Under the pieces are notes generated by a model, which was given only the letters and a program-made list of their open reading frames with translations, had not been told where the DNA came from and ran no database searches. A stretch of DNA of 26,945 nt, from the NCBI GenBank assembly GCA_002269645.1, contig NIVC01001773.1, forward strand, positions 1-26,945, read 5' to 3'. This DNA is from Macrostomum lignano. Its lineage: Eukaryota. Positions 1 through 9,586 of this stretch are shown here, piece by piece (position 1 is the stretch's first letter; each line of letters opens with the position of its first letter). The translations under genes and the position numbers were made by a program.

Positions 1-275
1 TTGACTGACTGACCATTGTCGCTGACTCAATAGTTGAACAACGCGCCTTCTTGCCGGCAGTATTGGCATACATGCGGGATCTGCTCCAGACACAGGAACT
101 GGGATTACCCGCTTCCTTGATTCGGCTGATACCAGATCCTAGCCATTGGAATGCAGCGACAGCGACAGACTCTGTGACATTTGCCGCATCTCGGCATCTC
201 GTCGACTGCCAAATCGAAGGTTACCGATATCCACGGTCGTTTTTGAGCGGGCTCCATTCTAAAATTATATTTGCT

Positions 276-507
276 ATCTGGATCACTCCTTTCCTTCCTT
301 ATAGCTCGTATAGTCTTACAGTCAGCGTGAAAGGAGAGTTCTCTATGGGTGACGGCCATTCAGTTCAGCGTGTAAGAAACGCAGCTGTCTATGAAATATA
401 CCATTGAGATACAATGACACCAATATATCGATGCCGCGTGATAAAATGGTCTTGGCATGATCTCGATCTGGATTACTCCTTTCCTTCATTATAGTCTTAC
501 AGTCAGC
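276..507 (+). repeat. Imperfect ~45-bp direct repeat pair (276-326 and 466-507)
   Basis: atctggatcactcctttccttccttatagctcgtatagtcttacagtcagc versus atctggattactcctttccttcattatagtcttacagtcagc; they differ by two substitutions and a 9-bp indel. Confidence 0.85.
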
Positions 508-559
508 ATAAATATATATATCGGTGTTATTGCACGATTAACGATTAACGATTAACTCC

Positions 560-636
560 ATAATAATAATAAATATATTCGCAGGAGGACTGTAGGGCAT
601 CCTGACGCTGTGACGCAACACCCCTTCGGCGACATC
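560..636 (-). mobile_element. 3' end fragment of a retroposon with a (TTA)n tail
   Basis: The minus strand reads gatgtcgccgaa...atttattattatta. The same 12-mer (ttcggcgacatc, 625-636 and 1007-1018) and the same (TAA)n run recur at 994-1018. Confidence 0.45.
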
Positions 637-647
637 GGGGGGGGGGG

Positions 648-956
648 GGCGTAGCTCAGCGGTCTGGTGCAGGCTCTGGTGTGCCAGCGACCCAGGCTCG
701 ATTCCAAGTGCAGTCACATTAATTTGGGGCTGAATTGGAATCTCGGCTTGGCTCTGCTCGTGCAATTAACGGTCTTGAGAGCCAACCCCCCAAGGCGCAG
801 TGAAGTGTACATGCCTAACGATAAAATAAAGTTAGGGCTGCTGTACACTCCTGTGTGAGTGTGTACCTGCGTACGTATCCGCGCGCTTGTGTGCCTGCTC
901 AGGGGAGTCGGCGGAATGGGCAGCAATGCCTCTCGCCGGTTGTGTGCCTATGTCGC
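648..956 (+). mobile_element. tRNA-derived SINE-like element (family A, copy 1)
   Basis: A-box-like GGCGTAGCTCAGCGG and B-box-like GGCTCGATTCC are present. The body (690-834) aligns with 12761-12915, and 776-956 aligns with the reverse complement of 1011-1173. Confidence 0.65.
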
Positions 957-993
957 TTAAAGTGCGCCAGGGTGCACACAGCCCCCCTGCCTC

Positions 994-1173
994 TAATAAT
1001 AATAAATTCGGCGACATCATCCCACAACCAGCGCTGAGGCCGTCTGCCCGCAGACACCCAGGCATGCTGTACACAGACACGCACTCGTACACACGCTCAC
1101 ACAGGGTGTACAGTGACCCTGACTTTCTAATCATCAGGATGCACACTCTCTGTGCCTTGGGGGTTGGCCCTCA
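994..1173 (-). mobile_element. Inverted partial copy of the family A 3' region with (TTA)n tail
   Basis: The reverse complement begins tgagggccaacccccaaggcacag...aaagtcagggtcactgtacaccctgtgtgag. This matches 776-866 and 12860-12915, and it ends gatgtcgccgaatttattattatta. Confidence 0.65.
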
Positions 1174-1181
1174 TGGGTTGT

Positions 1182-1436
1182 TGTATTGGATTTGGAGTGC
1201 CTGCGTACCGACCCTCTGCTATGTGTAGCGTCGCCAGTGTACACTTGGCGGTCCCCGTCTCAGAGTGTGTTGGGGTGGGGTTGATGTGCGTGAGGCGTTG
1301 TTGAGTCAGAGAGTTGGAGAGAGAGAACATCGATTTAATTTAAAATATAAGCAATAATTTAGCCACAGGGCTCATTTACCTGTTTTTTTGTTAAAGTCAA
1401 CCCTCAGATTTATTAGACTTGATTATTTCTTTAACA
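1182..1436 (+). repeat. 5' LTR (255 bp)
   Basis: Starts TGTATTGG and ends TTTAACA. It is identical to 7325-7579 except for two 1-bp indels in C runs. Confidence 0.98.
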
Positions 1437-1448
1437 TGGCGCCCGAAC
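1437..1448 (+). promoter_or_regulatory. Primer binding site (tRNA-Lys(UUU)-like)
   Basis: TGGCGCCCGAAC directly follows the LTR and equals the first 12 nt of the tRNA-Lys3 primer binding site TGGCGCCCGAACAGGGAC. Confidence 0.8.
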
Positions 1449-1518
1449 CAAAATCACAGTAAAATCAAGCAGTGAGCGCAAGAGTGCTACAGTGACTCAG
1501 CGATTTTTCAACAACAGC

Positions 1519-4500
1519 ATGGACTCCAGGAAGAGAGGCGTGTTACGAGCGACGGTCACCAGACTGGCACAGAAAGCCGAAGACCTGCTCAAAACAGATG
1601 CTGCTGAAGATGAAATCGACAGCGTTCTAGAGGCTCTACGGTTCAAGAAGCAGCAGCTCCAAGCAGCAGATGAAGAGCTCGCCGCGGAGGTTGACGAGAA
1701 GGACGTGCAGGCTGAAGCAGAGACGACAATGGAGTACGACCTGCTGGCTGGCAAATTGATCTCGAACCTCACCAGACGGCTCCAGGAGCTTCAGACCGCG
1801 CGGACCGGCACGCCGCAGGCAACAAATCTGCTGCAGAATACAGCCATACAGACGACGACTTCGTCCAAGTCTTCGGAAGAGAATTCTTCAACGACAAGGA
1901 CTCAGACTGCCATCAGGTTGCCAAAACTGCCGCCACCGTCATTCAGTGGCGATCGGACCCAATGGACGGAATTCTGGGACCGCTTCAACTCCAGTATCCA
2001 TGACAACCCGAGCCTGAGTGTCGTCGACAAATTCAGCTACCTGCAGTCGTGTCTGTCTGGGGAAGCCCGAAACTCGATCGCTGGTCTCAACATCACGAAG
2101 GACAACTACCATATCGCCATCGACAACCTGCAACGACGATTTGGATCCCGCAACGGAGCCGTGCGCGAGCACCTGGCAAAGTTCTCGGTGCTGACCTGCT
2201 CCAGTTCGTCGGCACAGCACCTGAGGAATTTCTACGACCAAGTCAATGGAAATGTCCGCAGTCTGACGAATCTCGGGGTGAGTGTCGAATCTTACGAGTC
2301 CATGTTGCTGCCCAACTTGCTGGCGAAGCTGCCGGAAGTCGTTCGTCTCGGGATGCTGAGAACTGCTCGGATTGCTTCCGTCGGTTATTCCTTTGGTAGC
2401 AGCTTGTCGCAGATGAGGGATGGCAATGGCTTAGATTCTGTGACGGAGTTTCTGCAGGTCTTGGAAATGGAGATTTTAGTCCGGGAGGAGGCGGCCGCTG
2501 GAGCTGCAGGGCAGACGTCCGGTTCCAATGGAGCGTCCAAGACTGCTGGTGAGAAACAGACAAGGGATGGCGGCACAGTGGCTGCGCTTCACACGAAGGT
2601 CAAAAAGGTCAGCACGGCTTGTCCCTTCTGCGAAACTGAACATGCTCCAGAGAAGTGCACTCGCCTGGTAGACGTTGCGGCACGACTCCAGTTTTTGAAG
2701 GAGCAGAGGCGTTGCTTCAGCTGTCTCTGCAAGGGACACAGCGTCAAGACCTGCTACCACAAGAAGCAATGTGAATTCTGCCAGATGAAGCATCACCCAA
2801 GTCTTTGTAGCGCACGCATGGAGAAGCTGCAGGGTAAGGATGGACCGAAGGCACCCGGCTCCACACTTGGAAAGGTGGGAGAAGACCGGAAGAAGTCCGA
2901 GCAGGCTGCTGCACAGAATGTGAAGAGTCAAGAAGTGAAGACCATGGCTATGGTGACAAAAGCTCAAACAGTGATCCTTCCAACAGCGGGAGCTGTACTG
3001 ATTTCGACTGTTAACAATCAGGAGACTCCGGTGCGAATTCTCTTTGACTCTGCAAGCAACCGTTCGTTCATCTTGACCAGCTTGGCTGAGAAGATGGGGC
3101 TCCAGGTCATGGGCAGAGAGACGATGGAGGTGACAACATTCGGTGGCACAGAGGCCAAGGTGCTGCAGACTGCGATGGTCGAGTTCAAGCTTCGGAAATC
3201 TGACAGCACCGCCCAGTTCACAGTGCGCGCCAACACAGTGCCTTACATCTGCTCTCATCAGCCAGTTGTCAGCAGCTTGTGCATGAAGCACTTTCAACAC
3301 CTCGACATGGCAGACTGGGACATCGGTGGTGAACAGAATCCCGAGATCAGTATCCTCATCGGAGCCGACAAATTCTACGACCTCGTCACAGGTCAAGTGA
3401 TTCGCTCAGAGGTCGGCTCCGGTCCAGTTGCCGTATCCAGTCAGCTCGGTTGGTTGCTGTGCGGGTCACTGTCAGATAGGTTCGCCGCAAGTGAGCTAGA
3501 GACCAGGTCAGAGCAGGTTCTTCTCTGCTGTGCTCAAGGAGCGGAGAAAGGTCTGGACAGCAGCACCATCGAGGCGTTCTGGACTTTAGAAGGTCTCGGC
3601 ATCAGAAGTGCAGCCGAGCCTGATCAGCGTCCACTGACTCTGAATGCCCAGTTCCAAGAGGGTCGCTACTCAGTTCAGCTGCCGTGGAAGATTCCCAAAA
3701 AGGAATTAAGATTGCCCGACAACTTCGAGGTAGCGTTCAAGAGACTAAAGACCAATCTGACGAGGCTGCGTCGTGAGCCTGCGCTACTTCAGGAGTACCA
3801 CCGCATTCTGACCAGTCAGAAGGAAGCTGGCGTAGTCGAAGAAGCTCCAGATGGGACCAGCGATCTCATCCACTACCTACCCCACCGAGCCGTAATTCGT
3901 CCTGAAGCTGAATCGACCAAAGTTCGAGTGGTTTTCGACGCGAGTGCCAAGCGAGATCAGTGCAGTCCATCGCTGAATGACTGTCTGGAAACAGGAACCT
4001 GTTCGTTGGCCGAGATTCCGCGACTGCTTCAGGCATTTCGACTTCATCCGATCGCCTTGACTGCCGATATTGAGAAGGCTTTTTTGCAGATCCGAATTGC
4101 AGAAGACGACCGCGATGCTCTACGATTCCTCTGGCCACGGGATCCCAGTCAAGCTGATTCACCTCTCGTTGTTCTGCGCTACGCTGCTCTGGTGTTCGGA
4201 CTCACCTGCTCACCTGCCGTCCTGGAGACTGTCATTCAACACCACTTGGCATCTCACCGAGGCCAGCATGCAGAGTTCGTGGATAAGGTGTCCAAAGAAA
4301 TCTATGTGGACAACCTGATCTCTGGGTGCGTGGATGAACAGCAAGCCCTGGATCTCATCCAAAAATCCCGGCACATATTCCAACAGGCTGGAATGAATCT
4401 GCGACACTGGCAGTCCAACAGCAAGAATGTATTGAAAGCGGTTCGCGCCAGCACACTTGACAGTAATGTTCTTGCTCCGGCGTTGTCGGCGGTGACAAAG

Positions 4501-6972
4501 GACATCACGGAGGACCCCTCCAGCTATTCAGCCGCCTCCTTGGGCGAAGATGGCGTATCGTCAAAAGTCCTCGGGCTGCGATGGGAGACAGGATCGGACG
4601 TGTTCGTGCTGCAGTTTTCTCCGCCAGAAGATTTGCTCAAGGCGTCGCCCTCCAAGCGTGTCGTGCTACAACTGCTGGCCCGTGTCTACGATCCTCTGGG
4701 CTTCCTGGTTCCGCTGCTTACGTTGCCGAAATCGATGTTCCAGAACCTGTGCGTTGAAAAGATCGCTTGGGACTGCCCGCTAAAGGAGCCGATTAAGCAG
4801 CAGTGGCTGAAGTGGTTGCAGGAGATGCTGGCAGGTCGATTTCAAGTTCCAAGGTTGGTGCTTTCGGCGACGAAGGAGGTCGAGGAGATACAGCTGCATG
4901 GGTTCTGTGATGCGTCAATCAAATGCTATGCGGCGTGTCTTTACCTGCGAGTGCAGTACACCGATGGTTCCGTCAGCTGCAACCTGGTGGCCGCCAAGGC
5001 GAGAGTGGCTCCACTGTCGGTTCTTTCAATTCCTCGGCTCGAACTCCTGGGTGCCTTGATACTCGCCAGACTGTTGACATCATCCATGAGTCAGTATCCT
5101 CAGGTTCGCCAGGTGTTTTGCTGGACAGACAGTGCCGACACGCTCTACTGGATCCGGCAGCACAGACCCTGGAAGCTCTTTGTTCATAATCGGGTGACGG
5201 AGATCCGCCGCCTGGTGCCAGAGGATGCCTGGAGACATGTCCCAGGCGAGGAGAATCCGGCGGACGTTGCATCTCGAGGAACATCAGCGAGCAAGTTGAA
5301 GGCGGACGACAGCTGGTGGCACGGTCCAGACTGGCTGGCACGACCTCCTGACGATTGGCCCGACCAATCCTTTCTCAGCTTACCGACAGCGGCAGTTGCC
5401 GAGGAGCAGAAGACACAAGCGAACCGTCCAGTTGTTCTGCTAACTGAAGCCGGTCCTGACATCAGTCTACAGGAAGTTCTCAATGACACGAACTTCTCAT
5501 CCTGGATCAAGCTGATTCGGGTGACAGCCTATGTCCTACGCTTCGTCAGAAACCTGCAAGCTAGAACTTCTGCAGCGGGGGAGGAGCGAGTGGGACCACT
5601 GGCTGCAGCAGAAGTCCTTGAAGCTGAAGAGCGCTGGCTGCGAGAAGTGCAGAAACGGAGTTTTCAAGCCGAAATTGCTCACATTCAGGAGTCAGCGGCC
5701 AGTACAGATCTCAGCAGGCAGTTGAATCTTTTTCTCGACAACAAGAGTATTCTCCGAAGCCAAGGTCGATTGAAGGAGTCCAACGCCTCTGCCGAGGTTG
5801 ACTGTCCGATTCTGATCCCGAGCAAGTCACACCTGGAGCTTCTTCTCATCTGGGACGCTCACGCCAAGGTTCTGCACGGGGGAGTGCCCAGCACTCTTTG
5901 TAAGCTGCGAGAGAGATTCTGGCTAATCAGAGGAAGACAGCGAGTCAAGTCGATCCTGAGAAGTTGCTTTGTCTGCAGACGTCTTCAAGGACTACCATAT
6001 GCAGTGAAGCAAATCCCAGCCTTACCTGAAGCACGCGTGAAGTCTGGGAGAGCCTTTGAGTGGTGCGGACTCGACTACTGCGGACCTGTCAAACTGATGG
6101 AGGACACAGAGATCGAGAAAGGCTATATCCTGGTTTTCACCTGTGCGGCCACGCGAGCCCTTCACCTGGAACTGGTGAGCGACTTGACGACCGAGACCTT
6201 CCTGCGAGCCCTCCGACGGTTCTGTGCTCGAAGAGGAATTCCCAATCTCATCAGTGACAACGCCAAGACATTCACCAAGGCTGCCAAAATACTTCAGGCG
6301 TCGGAGAGTCGACAAGTTCAAGACTTCTGCGCCACCAGGAAAATCACCTGGCAATTCATCGTCGAACGCGCACCGTGGCAAGGAGGCTTCTGGGAGCGAC
6401 TGATGAGGGACATCAAGCTGGCTTTGCGCAAGACCATCCTCAACGCAACCCTGACGCTGGACGAACTGCGGACAGTGCTAATGGAGGTGGAAGCGGTGCT
6501 CAACAGTCGGCCTCTACTCTACGTGGATGCCGAAACCAACGGAGAAGTCCTGACGCCGGCGCACTTTCTGGTCCTGCAACGGCTGACAGCGGAGCCAACT
6601 TCTAGCGGTACGCCCGAGCTCCTGCTGCCGTTGCCAACACTGCTGAGGCGAATGCGCGCCAGACTGCAAGCCTTCTGGGACTGCTGGGAGCGACAGTATC
6701 TGACCAGCCTGCGAGAACATAATCTAAGTCCCAAGCATGGCGTAACTCGAGAAGCTACGGCCGGCGACATCGTCCTGGTGAAAGGTGAGGCCGGGCAGCC
6801 GAGGCTTACCTGGTGTACCGGTGTCATCAAGTCGGTGCATCCTGGCCGAGACGGGGCGGTGAGATCTGCAACGGTTCGAGTCGCGCCCAGACCTGGCCGC
6901 GGTCCCAGGAGATGCTTGATTCGCCGACCGGTGGAGAACCTGATTTTGCTGGAAGCTGTGAAAACTGAATGA
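1519..6972 (+). CDS. Bel/Pao gag-pol polyprotein (Gag with 3 Zn knuckles, aspartic protease, RT, RNase H, integrase)
   Basis: Uninterrupted ORF with first ATG at 1519 (1817 aa). Motifs: LPKLPPPSFSGDRTQWTEFW (Gag); CPFCETEHAPEKC, CFSCLCKGHSVKTC and CEFCQMKHHPSLC; LFDSASNRSF (protease); ADIEKAFLQI and YVDN (RT); LHGFCDAS and NPADVASRG (RNase H); H-x4-H...CFVC, LDYCGP, SDN and GGFWERL (integrase). Confidence 0.97.
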   Translation: MDSRKRGVLRATVTRLAQKAEDLLKTDAAEDEIDSVLEALRFKKQQLQAADEELAAEVDEKDVQAEAETTMEYDLLAGKLISNLTRRLQELQTARTGTPQATNLLQNTAIQTTTSSKSSEENSSTTRTQTAIRLPKLPPPSFSGDRTQWTEFWDRFNSSIHDNPSLSVVDKFSYLQSCLSGEARNSIAGLNITKDNYHIAIDNLQRRFGSRNGAVREHLAKFSVLTCSSSSAQHLRNFYDQVNGNVRSLTNLGVSVESYESMLLPNLLAKLPEVVRLGMLRTARIASVGYSFGSSLSQMRDGNGLDSVTEFLQVLEMEILVREEAAAGAAGQTSGSNGASKTAGEKQTRDGGTVAALHTKVKKVSTACPFCETEHAPEKCTRLVDVAARLQFLKEQRRCFSCLCKGHSVKTCYHKKQCEFCQMKHHPSLCSARMEKLQGKDGPKAPGSTLGKVGEDRKKSEQAAAQNVKSQEVKTMAMVTKAQTVILPTAGAVLISTVNNQETPVRILFDSASNRSFILTSLAEKMGLQVMGRETMEVTTFGGTEAKVLQTAMVEFKLRKSDSTAQFTVRANTVPYICSHQPVVSSLCMKHFQHLDMADWDIGGEQNPEISILIGADKFYDLVTGQVIRSEVGSGPVAVSSQLGWLLCGSLSDRFAASELETRSEQVLLCCAQGAEKGLDSSTIEAFWTLEGLGIRSAAEPDQRPLTLNAQFQEGRYSVQLPWKIPKKELRLPDNFEVAFKRLKTNLTRLRREPALLQEYHRILTSQKEAGVVEEAPDGTSDLIHYLPHRAVIRPEAESTKVRVVFDASAKRDQCSPSLNDCLETGTCSLAEIPRLLQAFRLHPIALTADIEKAFLQIRIAEDDRDALRFLWPRDPSQADSPLVVLRYAALVFGLTCSPAVLETVIQHHLASHRGQHAEFVDKVSKEIYVDNLISGCVDEQQALDLIQKSRHIFQQAGMNLRHWQSNSKNVLKAVRASTLDSNVLAPALSAVTKDITEDPSSYSAASLGEDGVSSKVLGLRWETGSDVFVLQFSPPEDLLKASPSKRVVLQLLARVYDPLGFLVPLLTLPKSMFQNLCVEKIAWDCPLKEPIKQQWLKWLQEMLAGRFQVPRLVLSATKEVEEIQLHGFCDASIKCYAACLYLRVQYTDGSVSCNLVAAKARVAPLSVLSIPRLELLGALILARLLTSSMSQYPQVRQVFCWTDSADTLYWIRQHRPWKLFVHNRVTEIRRLVPEDAWRHVPGEENPADVASRGTSASKLKADDSWWHGPDWLARPPDDWPDQSFLSLPTAAVAEEQKTQANRPVVLLTEAGPDISLQEVLNDTNFSSWIKLIRVTAYVLRFVRNLQARTSAAGEERVGPLAAAEVLEAEERWLREVQKRSFQAEIAHIQESAASTDLSRQLNLFLDNKSILRSQGRLKESNASAEVDCPILIPSKSHLELLLIWDAHAKVLHGGVPSTLCKLRERFWLIRGRQRVKSILRSCFVCRRLQGLPYAVKQIPALPEARVKSGRAFEWCGLDYCGPVKLMEDTEIEKGYILVFTCAATRALHLELVSDLTTETFLRALRRFCARRGIPNLISDNAKTFTKAAKILQASESRQVQDFCATRKITWQFIVERAPWQGGFWERLMRDIKLALRKTILNATLTLDELRTVLMEVEAVLNSRPLLYVDAETNGEVLTPAHFLVLQRLTAEPTSSGTPELLLPLPTLLRRMRARLQAFWDCWERQYLTSLREHNLSPKHGVTREATAGDIVLVKGEAGQPRLTWCTGVIKSVHPGRDGAVRSATVRVAPRPGRGPRRCLIRRPVENLILLEAVKTE

Positions 6973-7316
6973 ACTTAAGTAACTGACTTTCAATGACTGT
7001 TCTAATCGTTGTTTCGAGTTTCTGTTTAGTTTTAGTTCGCAGTAATTTTCACTCCCTTTCAATCTTACCTTTTGAGCTCCTTAGCGCTGATTGGATTTTT
7101 TTGAGTTTCGTTTTCCCTTTGTTCCTACTTTTTCGTTAACTCAGTACTCTGGTGATGGTGTGTCACATTTTTAGTCATCAAGTCTGTTGTAATGTTGGAG
7201 CGTTTTTTGTTGTTCGTTTGTTTTTTGCTATTCGTTTCGTTTGATTTCATTTAAGTTAATAGCGAGTTTCTTTTTTCGAATATCAATGTTAAGTACTGTA
7301 ATGATGAAGCATCATT

Positions 7317-7324
7317 AGGGGGAG
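7317..7324 (+). promoter_or_regulatory. Polypurine tract
   Basis: AGGGGGAG immediately precedes the TG of the 3' LTR. Confidence 0.85.
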
Positions 7325-7579
7325 TGTATTGGATTTGGAGTGCCTGCGTACCGACCCTCTGCTATGTGTAGCGTCGCCAGTGTACACTTGGCGGTCCCGT
7401 CTCAGAGTGTGTTGGGGTGGGGTTGATGTGCGTGAGGCGTTGTTGAGTCAGAGAGTTGGAGAGAGAGAACATCGATTTAATTTAAAATATAAGCAATAAT
7501 TTAGCCACAGGGCTCATTTACCTGTTTTTTTGTTAAAGTCCAACCCTCAGATTTATTAGACTTGATTATTTCTTTAACA
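7325..7579 (+). repeat. 3' LTR (255 bp)
   Basis: Near-identical to the 5' LTR and followed by TSD GTTGT. Confidence 0.98.
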
Positions 7580-7918
7580 GTTGTGAACAAGGACGACCCT
7601 GCCCCTGTTTACCTTAGATGCAAGATAAAATAATCAATTAGAACGTATGTACTATACACTATGAAATTTTCGATGCAAACTCTCTAGAGTTTGGCATGCT
7701 ATATACTAGAGATTTATATTATTGTAGTTAAGCGTATTCTGTTTCAATAAATATTCAGACAGAATGGACCTTCTAGAAATGTAAAGTGTATTCAAGTCAA
7801 ATTGAAAATACACGTACAAATACATGTATGCACCATATGCACTTTAAGTTGTCTGTTTCGCTGTCTTTAAAGATTACCAAGCAGAAGTTGAAACTAAATT
7901 GCAAATCATGCCATCGGA

Positions 7919-8065
7919 TCAGAAACCGCCGGTCTTTGACGGCTTGCGAAAGTCAGCGTTGGCTTGCAGCTGGCCGCCTGACAGTCGCTGAATCCCTTCG
8001 ACCACGCTGGTGGAACTGAACGGCTGCACCTTGTGACCTTTTTGGCGTAGCCGCTGCTTGATACT
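7919..8065 (-). CDS. GGT: Gamma-glutamyltranspeptidase, last coding exon
   Basis: Acceptor ttttgttgcag, phase 0. Translates SIKQRLRQKGHKVQPFSSTSVVEGIQRLSGGQLQANADFRKPSKTGGF*, a typical GGT C-terminus (L..KGH...SVV..I...A.AD.RK). Confidence 0.92.
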   Translation of the reverse strand, partial: SIKQRLRQKGHKVQPFSSTSVVEGIQRLSGGQLQANADFRKPSKTGGF

Positions 8066-8218
8066 CTGCAACAAAATTCAATTCATTTGATAGGATTTAA
8101 TTCAGTGAAACACGTCGAAATCTACAGTTTCTTGTAAAACCATGCACGTTGAAATAATTTAACATGGTTTGCGAGCAAATTAGTCCTTAGAAAGTTAACT
8201 TACAACCTAAGCTAAGTT

Positions 8219-8768
8219 TACGAGATCCTACGAGACTTTACGAGATACTACAAGATATCCTACGAGATCTTACGAGATACTACAAGATATCCTACGAGAT
8301 CTTACGAGATACTACAAGATATCCTACGAGATCTTACGAGATACTACAAGATATCCTACGAGATCTTACGAGATACTAAAAGATATCCTACGAGATCTTA
8401 CGAGATACTATAAGAGATCCTACGAGATACTACGGGATCCCACGAGACCTTTCGAGATCTTATGAGATCTTATGAGATATTACGAGATATTACGAGACCT
8501 TACGAGATCTGACGCGATCCTATGATATTTTACGAGATTCTAAGAGATCTTACGAAATCTTATGAGATCTTACGAGATCTGAATAGATCTTACGAGATTC
8601 TAAGAGATCTTAAGAGATCTGATGAGATCTTACGAGATCTCTTATGAGATCTTACAAAATCCTAAGACATCTTATGAGATCCTACTGGATCTTACTAAAT
8701 CTTACGAGATCCTAGGAGATCTTACGAGATCTTACGAGATTCTTCCAGATTTGACGAAATCTTACGAG
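8219..8768. repeat. Intronic satellite: 10-bp TACGAGATCT monomers with a 32-bp higher-order unit
   Basis: caagatatcc (aaagatatcc at 8379) recurs at 8251, 8283, 8315, 8347 and 8379 (period 32), then the array decays into 10-mers. Confidence 0.95.
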
Positions 8769-9222
8769 CTCGTAACAATCCGTCATTTATGTGAAAGACT
8801 TCGCCTTATGTTTTAATTAGATGGACAAAAAAATTGTCCCCATCTCTGCTATTTGAATAAATTTTACGCCAGAAATCAAACTAAAACAGATATCTGTTTG
8901 TTAAAATGTTCTGTGTTGCACAAATAATTATATATTCATGTGAAAGACAGAATCGGGGAATAAAACATGAGACTGTGGGATATTTCTCCAGTAACTTTTT
9001 TGGTGAACCAAAACCTGAAAAAGCTGACTGTCTCTCCATCATAATGGATTACGAGGTTGTGTTTATTACTTCAAGTAGTAGCACCAAATTTAGTTCATGG
9101 GGCGCCCCAAAACTATTTGGGAACTTGGTTGTTCTACACGTAATAAGTATCGTTAGTTAGTTGTTAGTTCTTGGGCTTTGCCTCCCCCAACATAAAATCG
9201 GAGTCTTCAAACACGGACTTAC

Positions 9223-9586
9223 CTCAGGGGGATCGCACTTGGCTGGATTGTAGTTGAGCACATTCGGCAGCAGCTGGTGATGCAGTCGGTAGGAATCCAC
9301 AGCCGCCTTGACCGTCTCATTCAGGTACAGCTGTCTGGCCAGCGTGTAAGCGACAGCCGTGGTGATGCGCGAGCCGCCAGAAGCGCCGCTGACAAACTGG
9401 ACGTGACCATCGGCGTTAACGACGATCACCGGCGCCATTGAAGACATCGGGCGCTTGTTCGCCGCAATAAAGTTGGTGGGCGACGGAGGCAGACCGTAAT
9501 AATTGGTCCTGTTAGGCTGTGAAAAGTCGTCCATCTCGTTGTTGTACACTATGCCGGTCTTTTCGCCGCGAACTAATGAACCGAAA
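9223..9586 (-). CDS. GGT: GGT exon (small subunit)
   Basis: cag acceptor and gtaag donor. Encodes FGSLVRGEKTGIVYNNEMDDFS...NFIAANKRPMSSMAP...GASGGSRITTA...RLHHQLLP, all canonical GGT motifs. Confidence 0.95.

Larger units (their letters stand above)
1182..7579 (+). mobile_element. Full-length Bel/Pao LTR retrotransposon
   Basis: TG...CA LTRs at 1182-1436 and 7325-7579, TSD GTTGT at 1177-1181 and 7580-7584, primer binding site, polypurine tract and a single gag-pol ORF with Bel/Pao motifs. Confidence 0.98.

Noticed and set aside
51-407. 118-aa ORF at the window start
   Set aside because: It has a non-ATG start, no motif, and overlaps a local direct repeat.
1117-1145. Hammerhead ribozyme (CTGATGA...GAAA on the minus strand; CTGACGA at 12898)
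   Set aside because: Only 3 nt separate CTGATGA and GAAA, so there is no stem II, and I could not build stems I and III with a UH cleavage site.
1939-7062. Antisense and alternate-frame ORFs inside the retrotransposon, including the 306-aa ORF at 2476-3396
   Set aside because: They are shadows of the GC-rich gag-pol ORF with no recognisable motifs. No env-like ORF is present at 6973-7324, which is T-rich with stops.
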